A stretch of 64,000 nucleotides of DNA from Alphaproteobacteria bacterium (GTDB taxonomy: Bacteria; Pseudomonadota; Alphaproteobacteria; GCA-2731375): positions 957 through 64,956 of the forward strand of contig JAYGEA010000056.1 in NCBI GenBank assembly GCA_046582635.1, given 5' to 3'. Under the pieces are notes generated by a model. That model had not been told where the DNA came from. It worked only from the letters and a program-made list of their open reading frames with translations, and did no database searches. Shown here piece after piece: positions 9,700 through 19,723 of the stretch. Both the position numbers and the translations under genes were made by a program. How positions within the stretch are numbered: the first letter of the stretch is position 1; each line of letters begins with the position of its first letter.

Positions 9700-9860
9700 C
9701 ATTACTGAATGATTGTTTGAGGTCACCGCCGCGCCCCGATTGCGTCGTCAGGATATTGCCAACAGCATATAGCGACGTCGGGGAACTATGCAAAGGGCGA
9801 ATGATTGGGGGGGCCAATAAGTGGAGAGCCAATAAGTGGGAGCGAATGATTGGGGGGCCA
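9700..9860. promoter_or_regulatory. Direct-repeat array upstream of the peroxiredoxin (candidate regulator-binding sites)
   Basis: Three copies of GAATGATTG (9707-9715, 9799-9807, 9844-9852). Two copies of GCCAATAAGTGG (9813-9824, 9828-9839). A G7 tract (9807-9813) and a G6 tract. Confidence 0.35.
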
Positions 9861-9879
9861 AAAATACCAACCGACGAAA

Positions 9880-10785
9880 TTAGCGGCCCAGGGTCAGTTC
9901 ATGCTCCACCGCGCGCCGGCCGTCCACCAGGGTCAGGGTCAAGGCCTGGTTCGATAACACCGCCCCGCCGATGCCGGCAAAGACCGCCAACCGCAGGGTG
10001 ACATCATGACCGCCGCCGCCAAGGGTGACGTCCGGACGGCCAAAGCCAAAGGGTTCCGGCGCCTCGACCATCAAATCGGGCGCCTGGAACGGTTGGTCGG
10101 CATGCGCCTCGACCACCAGGGTCTGGTTGCCGTCCGGGCCGCCCACCCAGGCCCGCCGGATCGTCATCGTGGAAGGTCCCGCCGCCTTGGGCACCAACGC
10201 CAGGTAGCGGCGGATCAATGCGGCCGCCTCGCGCGACGTCGGCGTGGGGGGGCTGGACGATGGCTGATTTCTGCCCGGCTTCAGCTCCAGGGCCCATTTA
10301 ACGTGCATGGGAACGCACACATTCTTGCAGACCATGTAATCCATGGTCAGACGGGCGGTCAGAGGTTTGCCCGGCGCGGCGGCCTGCAACAGAACGGGCA
10401 AGACAACCTCGTCGTGGTAGCCGAAACTGTCAAAGCCAAAGGCGCTAAAACGTATGGGCGCGGGCCATTGGACGTCCGTCGCGGCCAGATTTTGGGAGCC
10501 TTGCCAATTGAGCAGCGGCGGCGCCCCAGATTCGCCGGGATTCCGCCAATACGTCTTCCAACCAGGTTTGAGCCGGATGTGCACGCCCAGCCAGACGCGG
10601 CCCTCTGCATCCAAGGCGTTCCGGTCCGAAATAAGCCGTGCCGCGGCCTCCTCCGTTCCCTGCCAGGCCGCGTGTGGGCTGTCCGCCGGAGCCGCATTTA
10701 GGGGCAACACCATTGCCGACGGTGCGATCAACAGCATTGCGCCAATCAGCCAACACAAAAATTTATTTCCGGATTCTGGTGACAT
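9880..10785 (-). CDS. Periplasmic protein with DsbD N-terminal-like domain (thiol:disulfide interchange family)
   Basis: 301 aa with a signal peptide (LIGAMLLIAPSA) and paired Cys (CKNVC). The family call is tentative. Confidence 0.5.
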   Translation of the reverse strand: MSPESGNKFLCWLIGAMLLIAPSAMVLPLNAAPADSPHAAWQGTEEAAARLISDRNALDAEGRVWLGVHIRLKPGWKTYWRNPGESGAPPLLNWQGSQNLAATDVQWPAPIRFSAFGFDSFGYHDEVVLPVLLQAAAPGKPLTARLTMDYMVCKNVCVPMHVKWALELKPGRNQPSSSPPTPTSREAAALIRRYLALVPKAAGPSTMTIRRAWVGGPDGNQTLVVEAHADQPFQAPDLMVEAPEPFGFGRPDVTLGGGGHDVTLRLAVFAGIGGAVLSNQALTLTLVDGRRAVEHELTLGR

Positions 10786-10911
10786 TCTTTGTTTCTTCGC
10801 TTCGGACCTCGCCTATACTCTTGGCGTGCAATGTTACCAATATAGGAGTTAATTAACCTATCTCCGGTGACAATGACATGAGAATTTGATTTCCGCGGCC
10901 ACCGAGACCAA

Positions 10912-11550
10912 GTGATCATTATGGGTACTGAAGATAACAGCGGCGAAAGTCCCACCAACGTGCCGGCAGACGGCGCCAAGGGAGATGTTGTGGATGACGG
11001 CTATCTGACCGGCCAATTGCTGATCGCCATGCCCACCATGGGCGATCCGCGGTTCGAACGGACGGTGATTTACATGTGCGCGCATTCGGCCGACGGTGCC
11101 ATGGGCCTCGTGGTCAACAAGGAAGCCAACGAGATCGATTTTCCGGAACTGTTAAGCCAGTTGGAGATCGAGACCGACGGTATCAAAAAACCCATTCCGG
11201 TATTGACCGGCGGCCCGGTGGAGACCGGGCGCGGCTTCGTGCTGCATTCCATGGATTACAGCCAGGATTCGACCCTGAAAGTCACCGACGAGGTGGGCTT
11301 GACGGCCACCGTCGATATCCTGCGCGCCATCGCCGAGGGCGAAGGCCCGGACCGCAGCTTGCTGACCCTGGGCTATGCGGGCTGGTCATCGGGACAATTG
11401 GATGACGAGATCCAGGCCAATGGCTGGCTGAACGTCCCGGCGGACACCACCATCCTGTTTGACGACGATCTTTCCAGCAAATGGGACCGTGCGGTGCGCA
11501 AGGTCGGGATCGATCCGTCCTTCCTGTCCGCTGAAGCGGGACATGCGTAG
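10912..11550 (+). CDS. yqgE: YqgE/AlgH family protein (UPF0301)
   Basis: Conserved N-terminal block [39 protein letters not shown]. Confidence 0.8.
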   Translation: MIIMGTEDNSGESPTNVPADGAKGDVVDDGYLTGQLLIAMPTMGDPRFERTVIYMCAHSADGAMGLVVNKEANEIDFPELLSQLEIETDGIKKPIPVLTGGPVETGRGFVLHSMDYSQDSTLKVTDEVGLTATVDILRAIAEGEGPDRSLLTLGYAGWSSGQLDDEIQANGWLNVPADTTILFDDDLSSKWDRAVRKVGIDPSFLSAEAGHA

Positions 11551-11555
11551 AAAAA

Positions 11556-11583
11556 CGATATTTCGATAATTCTAGAAATATAG
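11556..11583. promoter_or_regulatory. Putative ArsR/SmtB-type operator (imperfect 12-2-12 inverted repeat)
   Basis: CGATATTTCGATAATTCTAGAAATATA lies in an AT-rich spacer about 40 bp upstream of arsR. Confidence 0.35.
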
Positions 11584-11619
11584 TTGCAATTGTCTTTCGG
11601 GTGTCCTAAATAGACCTCC

Positions 11620-12042
11620 ATGAATGATATTATCGATATACAACCCACATCCAATCTGCAGCTTGTGGCCGACGCCATGGAAGCATTGGGCAACGAAACC
11701 CGGCTGGCCGTTTTCACTTTGCTGGTGCCGGCGGGGCAGAGCGGATTGTTGGTGGGGGAAATCCAATCCCGTCTCGGTGTGCCGGCCTCGACCCTGTCGC
11801 ATCATCTCTCCCGCTTGATCCAGGTGGATCTTGTGCAGCAGGAACGCCAGGGCCGGAAACTCATATGCCGGGCCAATTATTCCCGCATGGAAGGTGTGTT
11901 GTCATTTCTGACCCGGAATTGTTGCGCCGCCGACGGCGCCGCCCCTGGCCACCAGCATGGAACCACGGAACTTCAAGACGGCACCGTTACGGGATCTGCT
12001 GAGGGATTTGCTAAGGGATCTGCTAAAGGATTTGTGGCATGA
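11620..12042 (+). CDS. arsR: ArsR/SmtB family transcriptional regulator
   Basis: wHTH region TRLAVFTLL...STLSHHLSRL. A C-terminal Cys pair (NCCAAD) resembles an AfArsR-type metalloid site. Its stop overlaps the next gene's start (ATGA). Confidence 0.8.
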   Translation: MNDIIDIQPTSNLQLVADAMEALGNETRLAVFTLLVPAGQSGLLVGEIQSRLGVPASTLSHHLSRLIQVDLVQQERQGRKLICRANYSRMEGVLSFLTRNCCAADGAAPGHQHGTTELQDGTVTGSAEGFAKGSAKGFVA

Positions 12043-13082
12043 GTGATATTTCCACCGCCGGCGCGGCGCGAGGCATATTTGGGCGTGTCACGGGAATAGA
12101 CAAGGTCTGGCTGACCATCGCCGCCGGCCTGGTGCTGGGAGCCCTGGTGGTGCCGCAACAGACCCTGTCCAGCGTCGGTTTTGCCGGCAACGCCCTATTG
12201 GGTATTGCGCCGTTTCTTGCCGTATCCATCGGTTTGGCGGCCTATGCCAAGGCCTCCGGCGCGGATAATCTGATCGCCAAGGTGTTTCAAGGCCGGCCGG
12301 TGCAGATGGTTTTTGCCGCCGCGCTGTTTGGCGCCCTTTCGCCGTTTTGTTCCTGCGGCGTGATCCCGCTGATCGCCGCCTTGCTGGCCATGGGCGTGCC
12401 CCTGGCACCGGTGATGGCGTTCTGGCTGGCCTCGCCCCTGATGGATCCGCAGATGTTCCTATTGACCATGGGCGCCTTGGGCCTGCCGTTTGCCTTGGGC
12501 AAGACGGCGGCCGCCTTGGGTATTGGCTTGTTGGGCGGCTATGCCACGATGGCCTGGCAACGGGCGGGCGGCTTTGCCATGCCCCTGCGCGAGGGCGTGG
12601 GAGATGGCGGTTGTGGTGCCGGCTCCGTGCGCAGCGAGGGCGCCGTGGTTTGGACGTTCTGGCGGGACGGCGCGCGGCGGACCAAATTCGCCGATGAGGC
12701 CTGGCGCACCACGCTGTTCCTGGGCAAATGGATGATCGTCGCCTTCCTGTTGGAAAGCGTCATGCTGGCCTATGTGCCGGCGGCAACCATTGCCGGGTTG
12801 TTGGGCGGCGAAAATTTCTGGGCCATTCCCCTGGCTGCCATTATCGGCGTGCCGGCCTACATGAACGGCTTTGCAGCCATTCCCATGATATCGGGCCTGA
12901 TGGAACTGGGCATGGCGCCGGGCGCGGCCATGGCGTTCATGGTGGCGGGCGGTGTCTCGTGCATCCCGGCGGCCATCGCGGTCTTTGCCCTGGTCCGCCC
13001 GCAGGTGTTCATGTGGTACCTGGGCCTGGCTTTGGTTGGCTCGCTGGCGGCGGGCATCGGGTTCCAGTTCTTTATGGCTTGA
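12039..13082 (+). CDS. COG0701 permease, ArsP-like (putative organoarsenical efflux permease)
   Basis: 347-aa multi-TM protein with an SPFCSCG motif (ArsP signature is TPFCSCS). Translationally coupled to arsR. Confidence 0.6.
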   Translation: MSDISTAGAARGIFGRVTGIDKVWLTIAAGLVLGALVVPQQTLSSVGFAGNALLGIAPFLAVSIGLAAYAKASGADNLIAKVFQGRPVQMVFAAALFGALSPFCSCGVIPLIAALLAMGVPLAPVMAFWLASPLMDPQMFLLTMGALGLPFALGKTAAALGIGLLGGYATMAWQRAGGFAMPLREGVGDGGCGAGSVRSEGAVVWTFWRDGARRTKFADEAWRTTLFLGKWMIVAFLLESVMLAYVPAATIAGLLGGENFWAIPLAAIIGVPAYMNGFAAIPMISGLMELGMAPGAAMAFMVAGGVSCIPAAIAVFALVRPQVFMWYLGLALVGSLAAGIGFQFFMA

Positions 13083-13131
13083 GGAATTATTCCCCTCGGC
13101 CTTGGCGATACCAAACTGCGATAATAGAGAC

Positions 13132-13981
13132 CATGAAGGAATTTGCACTGCGGGAATTTGAATTGGCCCCCACGCCCGAAGATGGGCGTCTGACCGAACA
13201 GGTTGGCGGCATCGATCAGAACGGCGCCCCCGTGGACACCCGCGTCGTGGTCGAGCAGCCCCTGACCCTGTATCTGAACGGCCAGGAAATCGTCACCATG
13301 ATGACCGTCGGCGATCACCCCGATTGCCTGGCCGTGGGCTATCTGCTGAACCAGAGCATGCTGGCGCCCGACGACCGGCTAACCGGCATCGATTATGACG
13401 AGGAACTGTCGGTGGTGGTGGTGCGCACGGAACGGACCACGGATTTTGAAGAAAAACTGCAGAAAAAAACCCTGACCTCCGGCTGCGCCCAGGGCACGGC
13501 CTTTGGCGATTTGATGGAGCATTTCGACGAGATCGAACTGGACCGGGACGCGATATTAAAAACCTCGTGGATCTATACCCTCAGCCGCAAGATCAACCAA
13601 CAGCCCAGCCTGTATTTGACCGCCGGCGCCATTCACGGCTGCGTCCTGTGCGCCGAGGACCGGCCGCTGATTTATATGGAGGATGTGGGCCGCCACAACG
13701 CCATCGACAAGATCGCCGGCTGGATGTTCCTCAACACAGAGGGCCCCGAGGGCAAGATCTTTTACACCACCGGGCGCCTGACCTCGGAAATGGTGATCAA
13801 GACCGTGCGCATGGAGATCCCCATTCTGATCTCCCGCTCCGGCTTCACTGCCTGGGGCGTTGATCTGGCGCGGCAGGCCAATCTGACCCTGATCGGCCGG
13901 GCCAAGGGCACGCGGTTCATGTGCCTGGCCGGGGAAGACCGCCTGATCTTCGACAACTTGGACGTTAAGGGTGATGGCTGA
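13132..13981 (+). CDS. fdhD: Formate dehydrogenase accessory sulfurtransferase FdhD
   Basis: Conserved FdhD blocks (GRHNAIDK, active-site Cys in LTSGCAQGT). The ORF's upstream extension to 12728 overlaps arsP and is rejected. Confidence 0.8.
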
Positions 13982-14573
13982 TATCGCCGGCTTGCTGTTG
14001 GCGGGCGGTGGCGCCCGGCGCATGGGCGGCGGCGATAAATGTCTGCGGCCACTGGGTGGCCGCCCTTTATTGGCCCATGTCATGGAACGCCTGGGGGGTC
14101 AGGTGAGCGAGATGATCCTGAATGCCAATGGCGAAGGGGCACGCTTCGCCACCTTTGGTTTACCGGTGGTCGCCGACACCATCCCCGGCATGGCCGGGCC
14201 CCTGGCCGGCATTTTGACCGGCATGGAATGGCTGCGGGAAAACCGTCCCGGCGTAACCATGATGGCGTCCGTGCCCACGGACGGCCCGTTCCTGCCCCTG
14301 GATCTGGTCCGGCGCCTGGCCGATGCGAAAGGTGACGCCCGGATCGCCTGTGCCCGTTCCGGCGGCCGGGCCCATCCGCCCATCAGCCTGTGGGATGTGG
14401 ACCTGGCCCCTGATCTGCGCCGGGCCATGGTCGAAGAGGAGATGCGCAAGATCGATCTGTGGACCGCGCGTTACCCAATCGTTCACGTGGATTGGCCCAT
14501 TGAGCCCCATGATCCGTTCTTCAACGCCAACCGGCCGGAGGATCTGGACCGGGCCGAGGCCCTGTTGGGGTGA
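13971..14573 (+). CDS. mobA: Molybdenum cofactor guanylyltransferase MobA
   Basis: GLLLAGGGARRMGGGDKCL nucleotidyl-transferase motif. Overlaps fdhD by 11 nt. Confidence 0.8.
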   Translation: MMADIAGLLLAGGGARRMGGGDKCLRPLGGRPLLAHVMERLGGQVSEMILNANGEGARFATFGLPVVADTIPGMAGPLAGILTGMEWLRENRPGVTMMASVPTDGPFLPLDLVRRLADAKGDARIACARSGGRAHPPISLWDVDLAPDLRRAMVEEEMRKIDLWTARYPIVHVDWPIEPHDPFFNANRPEDLDRAEALLG

Positions 14574-15229
14574 TCGTCCAACGTCCCTCGCCCAACCACG
14601 ACGGCCGCCCGGCGGGCGGCGCCATCGATATGCTGGTGTTGCATTATACCGGGATGCGGACGGCGGAAGAGGCCCTGGCCCGGCTGTGCGATCCGGCGGC
14701 AAAGGTCTCGGCCCATTATGTCATCGACGAGGACGGCACGGTATCCGCCCTGGTGGCGGAGGGCCGGCGCGCCTGGCACGCGGGCGTGGCCTATTGGGCC
14801 CGGCAGAGGGATATCAACGCCTGTTCCATCGGCATCGAATTGGTCAATCCGGGCCATGAATTCGGCTACCGGGCCTTTCCCGGCGCGCAGCTGGCGGCCC
14901 TAGAAACCCTGTGCCTGGAGATCCTGGCCCGCCACCCGATTCCGCCCCACAGGGTGCTGGGGCATTCGGACGTGGCGCCCGCCCGCAAGGCGGACCCCGG
15001 CGAGCTGTTCGACTGGGCCCGGCTGGCACGGGCCGGTATCGGTTTGTGGCCCGAGCCCGGGCGGGGCGAAGGCGATCTGGCGCGGTTCGGCTATGATACT
15101 TCCGAGGGCGCCCATGCCGCCCATGCCGCCACGGCCTTTCAACGGCACTGGCGCCCCGGCAGGATCGACGGGGTCATGGATGATGAATGCCGCGCCTTGC
15201 TGGCCGGATTGCTTGACCTGTTGCCCTGA
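14570..15229 (+). CDS. ampD: N-acetylmuramoyl-L-alanine amidase, AmpD-like (amidase_2 family)
   Basis: AmpD-like blocks HYTGM, SAHYVIDEDG, AWHAGV, GHSDVAPARKADPG. Overlaps mobA by 4 nt. Confidence 0.75.
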   Translation: MIVQRPSPNHDGRPAGGAIDMLVLHYTGMRTAEEALARLCDPAAKVSAHYVIDEDGTVSALVAEGRRAWHAGVAYWARQRDINACSIGIELVNPGHEFGYRAFPGAQLAALETLCLEILARHPIPPHRVLGHSDVAPARKADPGELFDWARLARAGIGLWPEPGRGEGDLARFGYDTSEGAHAAHAATAFQRHWRPGRIDGVMDDECRALLAGLLDLLP

Positions 15230-15246
15230 GAGGGCCATTTTGCACC

Positions 15247-15688
<442 letters not shown>

Positions 15689-15883
15689 CCCTACTTTTCA
15701 AGCCAAAATTCCCAAATGTTCGAAAAAGAACAAAACTCGAACAACATTTCGCCTTATTGCGCCACTAGTCTGGTGGGCGAATTGGGCGTGCGCGTTCCTA
15801 ATCGGCCCGAACAGGACTTGGGGAAGCACTTGTCGTGGTCATGTTTTGACTTTGAAGGTGCTGTTTAATTATTTGTTAAGTCA

Positions 15884-15980
15884 TTGACGGGCATAAAAAG
15901 GCATGATATCCCATAAAAACCCATATTGGGTATCGTGGGGTGGGCCATGGATTTTATTTGTGGCTTTTATTGGTGGCTTG
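15884..15980 (+). promoter_or_regulatory. Putative Pmra promoter (TTGACG...TGATAT) plus GTGGG/TGGGC direct repeats (candidate MraZ operator)
   Basis: Only AT-rich stretch upstream of the dcw cluster. MraZ-box-like TGGG repeats at 15935-15977. Confidence 0.3.
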
Positions 15981-16035
15981 TCGCCAATCGTCCCCACCCC
16001 GATGGCGAGACGTGGTTGAGGTCTGGAGAATTGTC

Positions 16036-16521
16036 GTGGCTTTGTTTTTGTCGCGGTTTGATAACAAGGTGGACCGGAAGGGACGGGTTTCCGTGCCGGC
16101 GTCGTTCCGCGCCGACCTGACCTCGGATGCCTTCGCCGGTGTCGTCGCCTTCCCCTCGCCCGGCAATCCCGGCAACCCCGGTGCCATCGACGGCTGCGAC
16201 ATCGGGCGCATGAAACAGCTGGCCGATGGCATCGACAGCTTTAATCCATTTTCGGCCGAGTACGGCGACCTGGCCACGGCCATCCTGACCAAATCCCACC
16301 GCCTGCCCTTTGACGGCGAGGGCCGGATCATCCTGCCGCAACAGCTGTTGCAGCATGCGGGTATCACCACCATGGCGACCTTCGCGGGCCGGGGCGCCAC
16401 CTTCCAGATCTGGGCACCCGAGGCCTATGAAGCCTACGAGGTCGAGGCGACGGAGCGGGCCAGGGAACAGGCCGCCAGGTTCGAGTTGCAGCGCCGGGAC
16501 ATGCTGGAGGCCGGCAAATGA
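16036..16521 (+). CDS. mraZ: Transcriptional regulator MraZ
   Basis: Conserved N-terminus FLSRFDNKVDRKGRVSVPASFR. Start assigned to the GTG at 16036; the upstream part of the ORF is non-protein-like. Confidence 0.8.
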   Translation: MALFLSRFDNKVDRKGRVSVPASFRADLTSDAFAGVVAFPSPGNPGNPGAIDGCDIGRMKQLADGIDSFNPFSAEYGDLATAILTKSHRLPFDGEGRIILPQQLLQHAGITTMATFAGRGATFQIWAPEAYEAYEVEATERAREQAARFELQRRDMLEAGK

Positions 16522-17498
16522 CCGCCCGTCCGCATAAGGCGCGCCATATCCCGGTCATGGCGGCCGAGGTGATTGCCGGCCTGGCGCCGGTTGACGGCGG
16601 CATCTACGTGGACGGCACGTTCGGCGCCGGTGGCTACAGCGAGGCGATCTTGCAGGCCGCCGACTGCCGTCTGATCGCCTTTGACCGGGACCCGGACGCG
16701 GTGGCGGCCGGGGCCGACGCGGTCGCCCGCCATTCCGGCCGCCTGACCCTGATCCAGGGGCGTTTCAGCCAGATGGCCGAACTGGCGGCGGAGCTGGGCG
16801 CCGAACAGGTGCAGGGCGTGACCCTGGATCTGGGCGTCTCATCCATGCAGCTGGACCAACCCGAACGGGGGTTTTCCTTCGCCGCCGACGGTCCCCTGGA
16901 CATGCGCATGTCGCAAAGCGGGGAAAGTGCGGCGGATGTGGTGAACAGCCGGGAACAAGATGAGCTGGCGGACATCATTTATCAATTCGGCGAGGAGCGC
17001 CGCTCCCGCGCCGTGGCCCGCGCCATTGTACGGGCCCGCCAAACGGCGCCGATCGAGCGCACGGCGGCCTTGGCGCAAATCGTGGCAAAAGCGATCGGTG
17101 GCGGGGGCCGCATTCATCCCGCCACGCGCACCTTTCAGGCCTTGCGCATCTATGTGAACGGCGAATTGGACGAGCTGCGCCTTGGTCTGGCGGCTGCCGA
17201 GCGTCTGTTGGCGGCGGACGGCTGGCTGGCCGTGGTCTCGTTCCATTCCCTGGAAGACCGCGAAGTGAAACAGTTCCTGTCGCTGCGGGCCGGCCTGCGG
17301 CCCCAAGGCTCCCGCCACCGCCCACCCAGCAATGACAACCGCGCCATCACCTTTCGCCTGCCCCGGCGCGGCGCGGTGAAGCCCGGACAGTTGGAAATAT
17401 CAGCCAACCCCAGGGCCCGCTCGGCCCGGCTGCGGGTGGCCCAGCGCACGGATGCGTACCTGCCGAGGGATCCACGGACCGGCGGGGTGGCGGCATGA
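16518..17498 (+). CDS. rsmH: 16S rRNA (cytosine1402-N4)-methyltransferase RsmH (MraW)
   Basis: HIPVMAAEV and DGTFGAGGYS motifs. ATGA overlap with mraZ. Confidence 0.9.
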   Translation: MTARPHKARHIPVMAAEVIAGLAPVDGGIYVDGTFGAGGYSEAILQAADCRLIAFDRDPDAVAAGADAVARHSGRLTLIQGRFSQMAELAAELGAEQVQGVTLDLGVSSMQLDQPERGFSFAADGPLDMRMSQSGESAADVVNSREQDELADIIYQFGEERRSRAVARAIVRARQTAPIERTAALAQIVAKAIGGGGRIHPATRTFQALRIYVNGELDELRLGLAAAERLLAADGWLAVVSFHSLEDREVKQFLSLRAGLRPQGSRHRPPSNDNRAITFRLPRRGAVKPGQLEISANPRARSARLRVAQRTDAYLPRDPRTGGVAA

Positions 17499-17977
17499 GG
17501 CGTAGTCTGACCATCGTGGTTTTGTTGCTGGTGCTGGCGGTTTCCCTGGGCCTGTACCGCCTGGAATCCGAAGTTAAAATTCTCGAGCGCCACTTGGCCA
17601 ATGCCGCCACCCAGTTGGAGGAAAACCGCCGCAACAACCGCATTCTGGCGGCTGAATGGAGTTTTCTGAACCAACCCAGCCGCCTGCAGGCCCTGGCCCG
17701 GCGGCACCTCGATCTCGGCCACCTGGCCCCCGCGCAGGTGAGCCGTCTGGCCGAACTGCCACTGAAACCTGCGCCTCGCGATAGTGTCGGCAACCGGGAC
17801 GGCGACCGGAACAGTGGCCAAAATAGCGGCGGAGCGGCGGCCATTCCCAACATTGAACCATCCGGCCAGCCGCCCATCCCCGGGCGGAAGCCGGTCAAGC
17901 CAGAAAATAATCGAGACAGGAAACGAAACAAGGGCGGCCGCATCGTTTTGGCGGACGGCGGGAGGGCGGGGCAATGA
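17495..17977 (+). CDS. ftsL: Cell division protein FtsL (alphaproteobacterial type) with low-complexity C-terminal tail
   Basis: 160 aa. Single TM helix plus coiled-coil, in the canonical position between rsmH and ftsI. Confidence 0.7.
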   Translation: MRRSLTIVVLLLVLAVSLGLYRLESEVKILERHLANAATQLEENRRNNRILAAEWSFLNQPSRLQALARRHLDLGHLAPAQVSRLAELPLKPAPRDSVGNRDGDRNSGQNSGGAAAIPNIEPSGQPPIPGRKPVKPENNRDRKRNKGGRIVLADGGRAGQ

Positions 17978-19719
17978 CCACCCCCAAGACGCCCGGCGGC
18001 GCGCCCCATCTGATCGGCAGCAAGGCCCAGGCCATACAGACCGGCCGCACGCGGTTATTGACCGTGGCCCTGGTCTTTGCCGTGTGCTTCTTTGTTCTGG
18101 CCGGGCGCTTGGTTGAGTTAACGGTCATTCGGGAGCCGGGCAAGACCCTGACCTTTGTTCCCGCCGCGCCGACTATATCCACGGCCGGGCGGGCCGATAT
18201 TCTGGACCGCAACGGTATTCTACTGGCGACAAACCTGATGACCGCCTCCCTCTACGCCGATGCCAGGGCCGTGCCCGACGGTGCCAAGGCGGCCCAACGG
18301 CTGGTCAAGGTGCTGCCGGGATTAAGCCCCGCCACCGTGCGTGAGCGGCTGGCCACGGGCCGCGCCTTCGTCTGGCTGAAACGTAACCTAACGCCGTCGC
18401 AACAGCGGGCGGTCAATGATCTGGGCATTCCGGGCCTGCATTTCCGCGATGAACAGCGCCGCCTGTATCCCCATGGCGCCTTGGAATCCCACGTGCTCGG
18501 GTTCACGGACGTGGATGGCAACGGCATTTCCGGCATTGAAAAATTCTTCGATCAGGCCATGCGCGACCGTGGCCCTCAAGGCCGGGCCCTGCAATTGTCC
18601 CTCGATGCCCGCGTACAGTACGTCCTGCGCGATGAATTGATGGTGGCCATGACGCGCTTCCGGGCGGCGGGTGCCGCCGGACTGGTGATGGATGCCAATA
18701 ACGGCGAAATTCTGGCCCTGATCTCCCTGCCGGATTTCGATCCCAATCATCCCACGGCGGCGCCCGCGTTGTCCCGCTTCAACCGCGCCACCAAGGGGGT
18801 CTATGAACTTGGTTCCGTCTTCAAGGTTCTGACCGTGGCCATGGCCCTGGACAGCGGCACAACCAAGCTGCGCGGCGGCTATGACGCCACCAAGCCGATC
18901 CGGGTGGCGGGCTTTTCCATTCGCGACAGTCACGCCAAGCGGCGTTGGCTGTCAGTGCCGGAAATTCTGATCTATTCCTCTAACATCGGCGCCGCCAAAA
19001 TGGCCATGGACCTGGGCCGCGACGGCCAGCGCAAATACCTTGATCGTTTTGGTCTGTTGAGCCGGCTGTCTTTGGAACTGCCCGAGGTCGGCGCCCCCAT
19101 CAGCCCGGCCCGTTGGGGCGATCTTTCCACCATGACCGCCGCTTATGGTCATGGCCTGGCGGTCTCGCCCGTACAGTTCGCCTCCGCCTTTGGGGCCATG
19201 GTCAATGGCGGCGTCCTGATGCCCGCCACCCTGATCAAGCGGCAACCGGGCGAGCGCGCCTTGGGCGTGCAGGTGATCAGCGCGCGGACCTCGAACCAAA
19301 TGCGCCGGCTGCTTCGCGCCGTGGTGGTAAAAGGCACCGGGCGCAAGGCCCAGGTGCCGGGCTATCTGGTCGGCGGAAAAACCGGCACGGCGGAAAAGGC
19401 GGGCGTCGGCGGCTACCGGCGCAAGGCCCTGATCTCGTCATTCGTCGCGGCCTTTCCCATGACCAAACCAAGATACGTGGTCTATCTGCTGCTGGATGAA
19501 CCCCGGGGCGATGCCAAGACCCTCGGTAACGCCGGGGGCGGTTACACGGCCGCGCCACTGGTGGGCCGCGTGATAAGGCAAATTGGTCCGATCCTCGGTG
19601 TTCGGCCCGTCGATGAAACGGCGGCGGCCGTGCGCCAGGACATGGCGATGCCCCTATTTAGTCGGAAGCAGTTTAGTCGGAAGTCATTCACGCGGAAGCG
19701 GACCAGTGCGGTTAATTGA
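17974..19719 (+). CDS. ftsI: Peptidoglycan D,D-transpeptidase FtsI (PBP3)
   Basis: 581 aa with PBP dimerisation and transpeptidase domains (SVFK, SSN, KTGT motifs). ATGA overlap with ftsL. Confidence 0.9.
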   Translation: MTTPKTPGGAPHLIGSKAQAIQTGRTRLLTVALVFAVCFFVLAGRLVELTVIREPGKTLTFVPAAPTISTAGRADILDRNGILLATNLMTASLYADARAVPDGAKAAQRLVKVLPGLSPATVRERLATGRAFVWLKRNLTPSQQRAVNDLGIPGLHFRDEQRRLYPHGALESHVLGFTDVDGNGISGIEKFFDQAMRDRGPQGRALQLSLDARVQYVLRDELMVAMTRFRAAGAAGLVMDANNGEILALISLPDFDPNHPTAAPALSRFNRATKGVYELGSVFKVLTVAMALDSGTTKLRGGYDATKPIRVAGFSIRDSHAKRRWLSVPEILIYSSNIGAAKMAMDLGRDGQRKYLDRFGLLSRLSLELPEVGAPISPARWGDLSTMTAAYGHGLAVSPVQFASAFGAMVNGGVLMPATLIKRQPGERALGVQVISARTSNQMRRLLRAVVVKGTGRKAQVPGYLVGGKTGTAEKAGVGGYRRKALISSFVAAFPMTKPRYVVYLLLDEPRGDAKTLGNAGGGYTAAPLVGRVIRQIGPILGVRPVDETAAAVRQDMAMPLFSRKQFSRKSFTRKRTSAVN

Positions 19720-19723
19720 GCTG

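Noticed and set aside
12728-13131. N-terminal extension of the fdhD ORF
   Set aside because: Overlaps the arsP-like permease in another frame. The FdhD homology begins at the ATG at 13132 (MKEFALREFE).
15851-15875. GGTGCTGTTTAA resembling the 5' end of 4.5S/SRP RNA
   Set aside because: The remainder of the conserved SRP RNA domain IV (GGAAGCAGCC hairpin) is absent. More likely part of the AT-rich mraZ promoter region.
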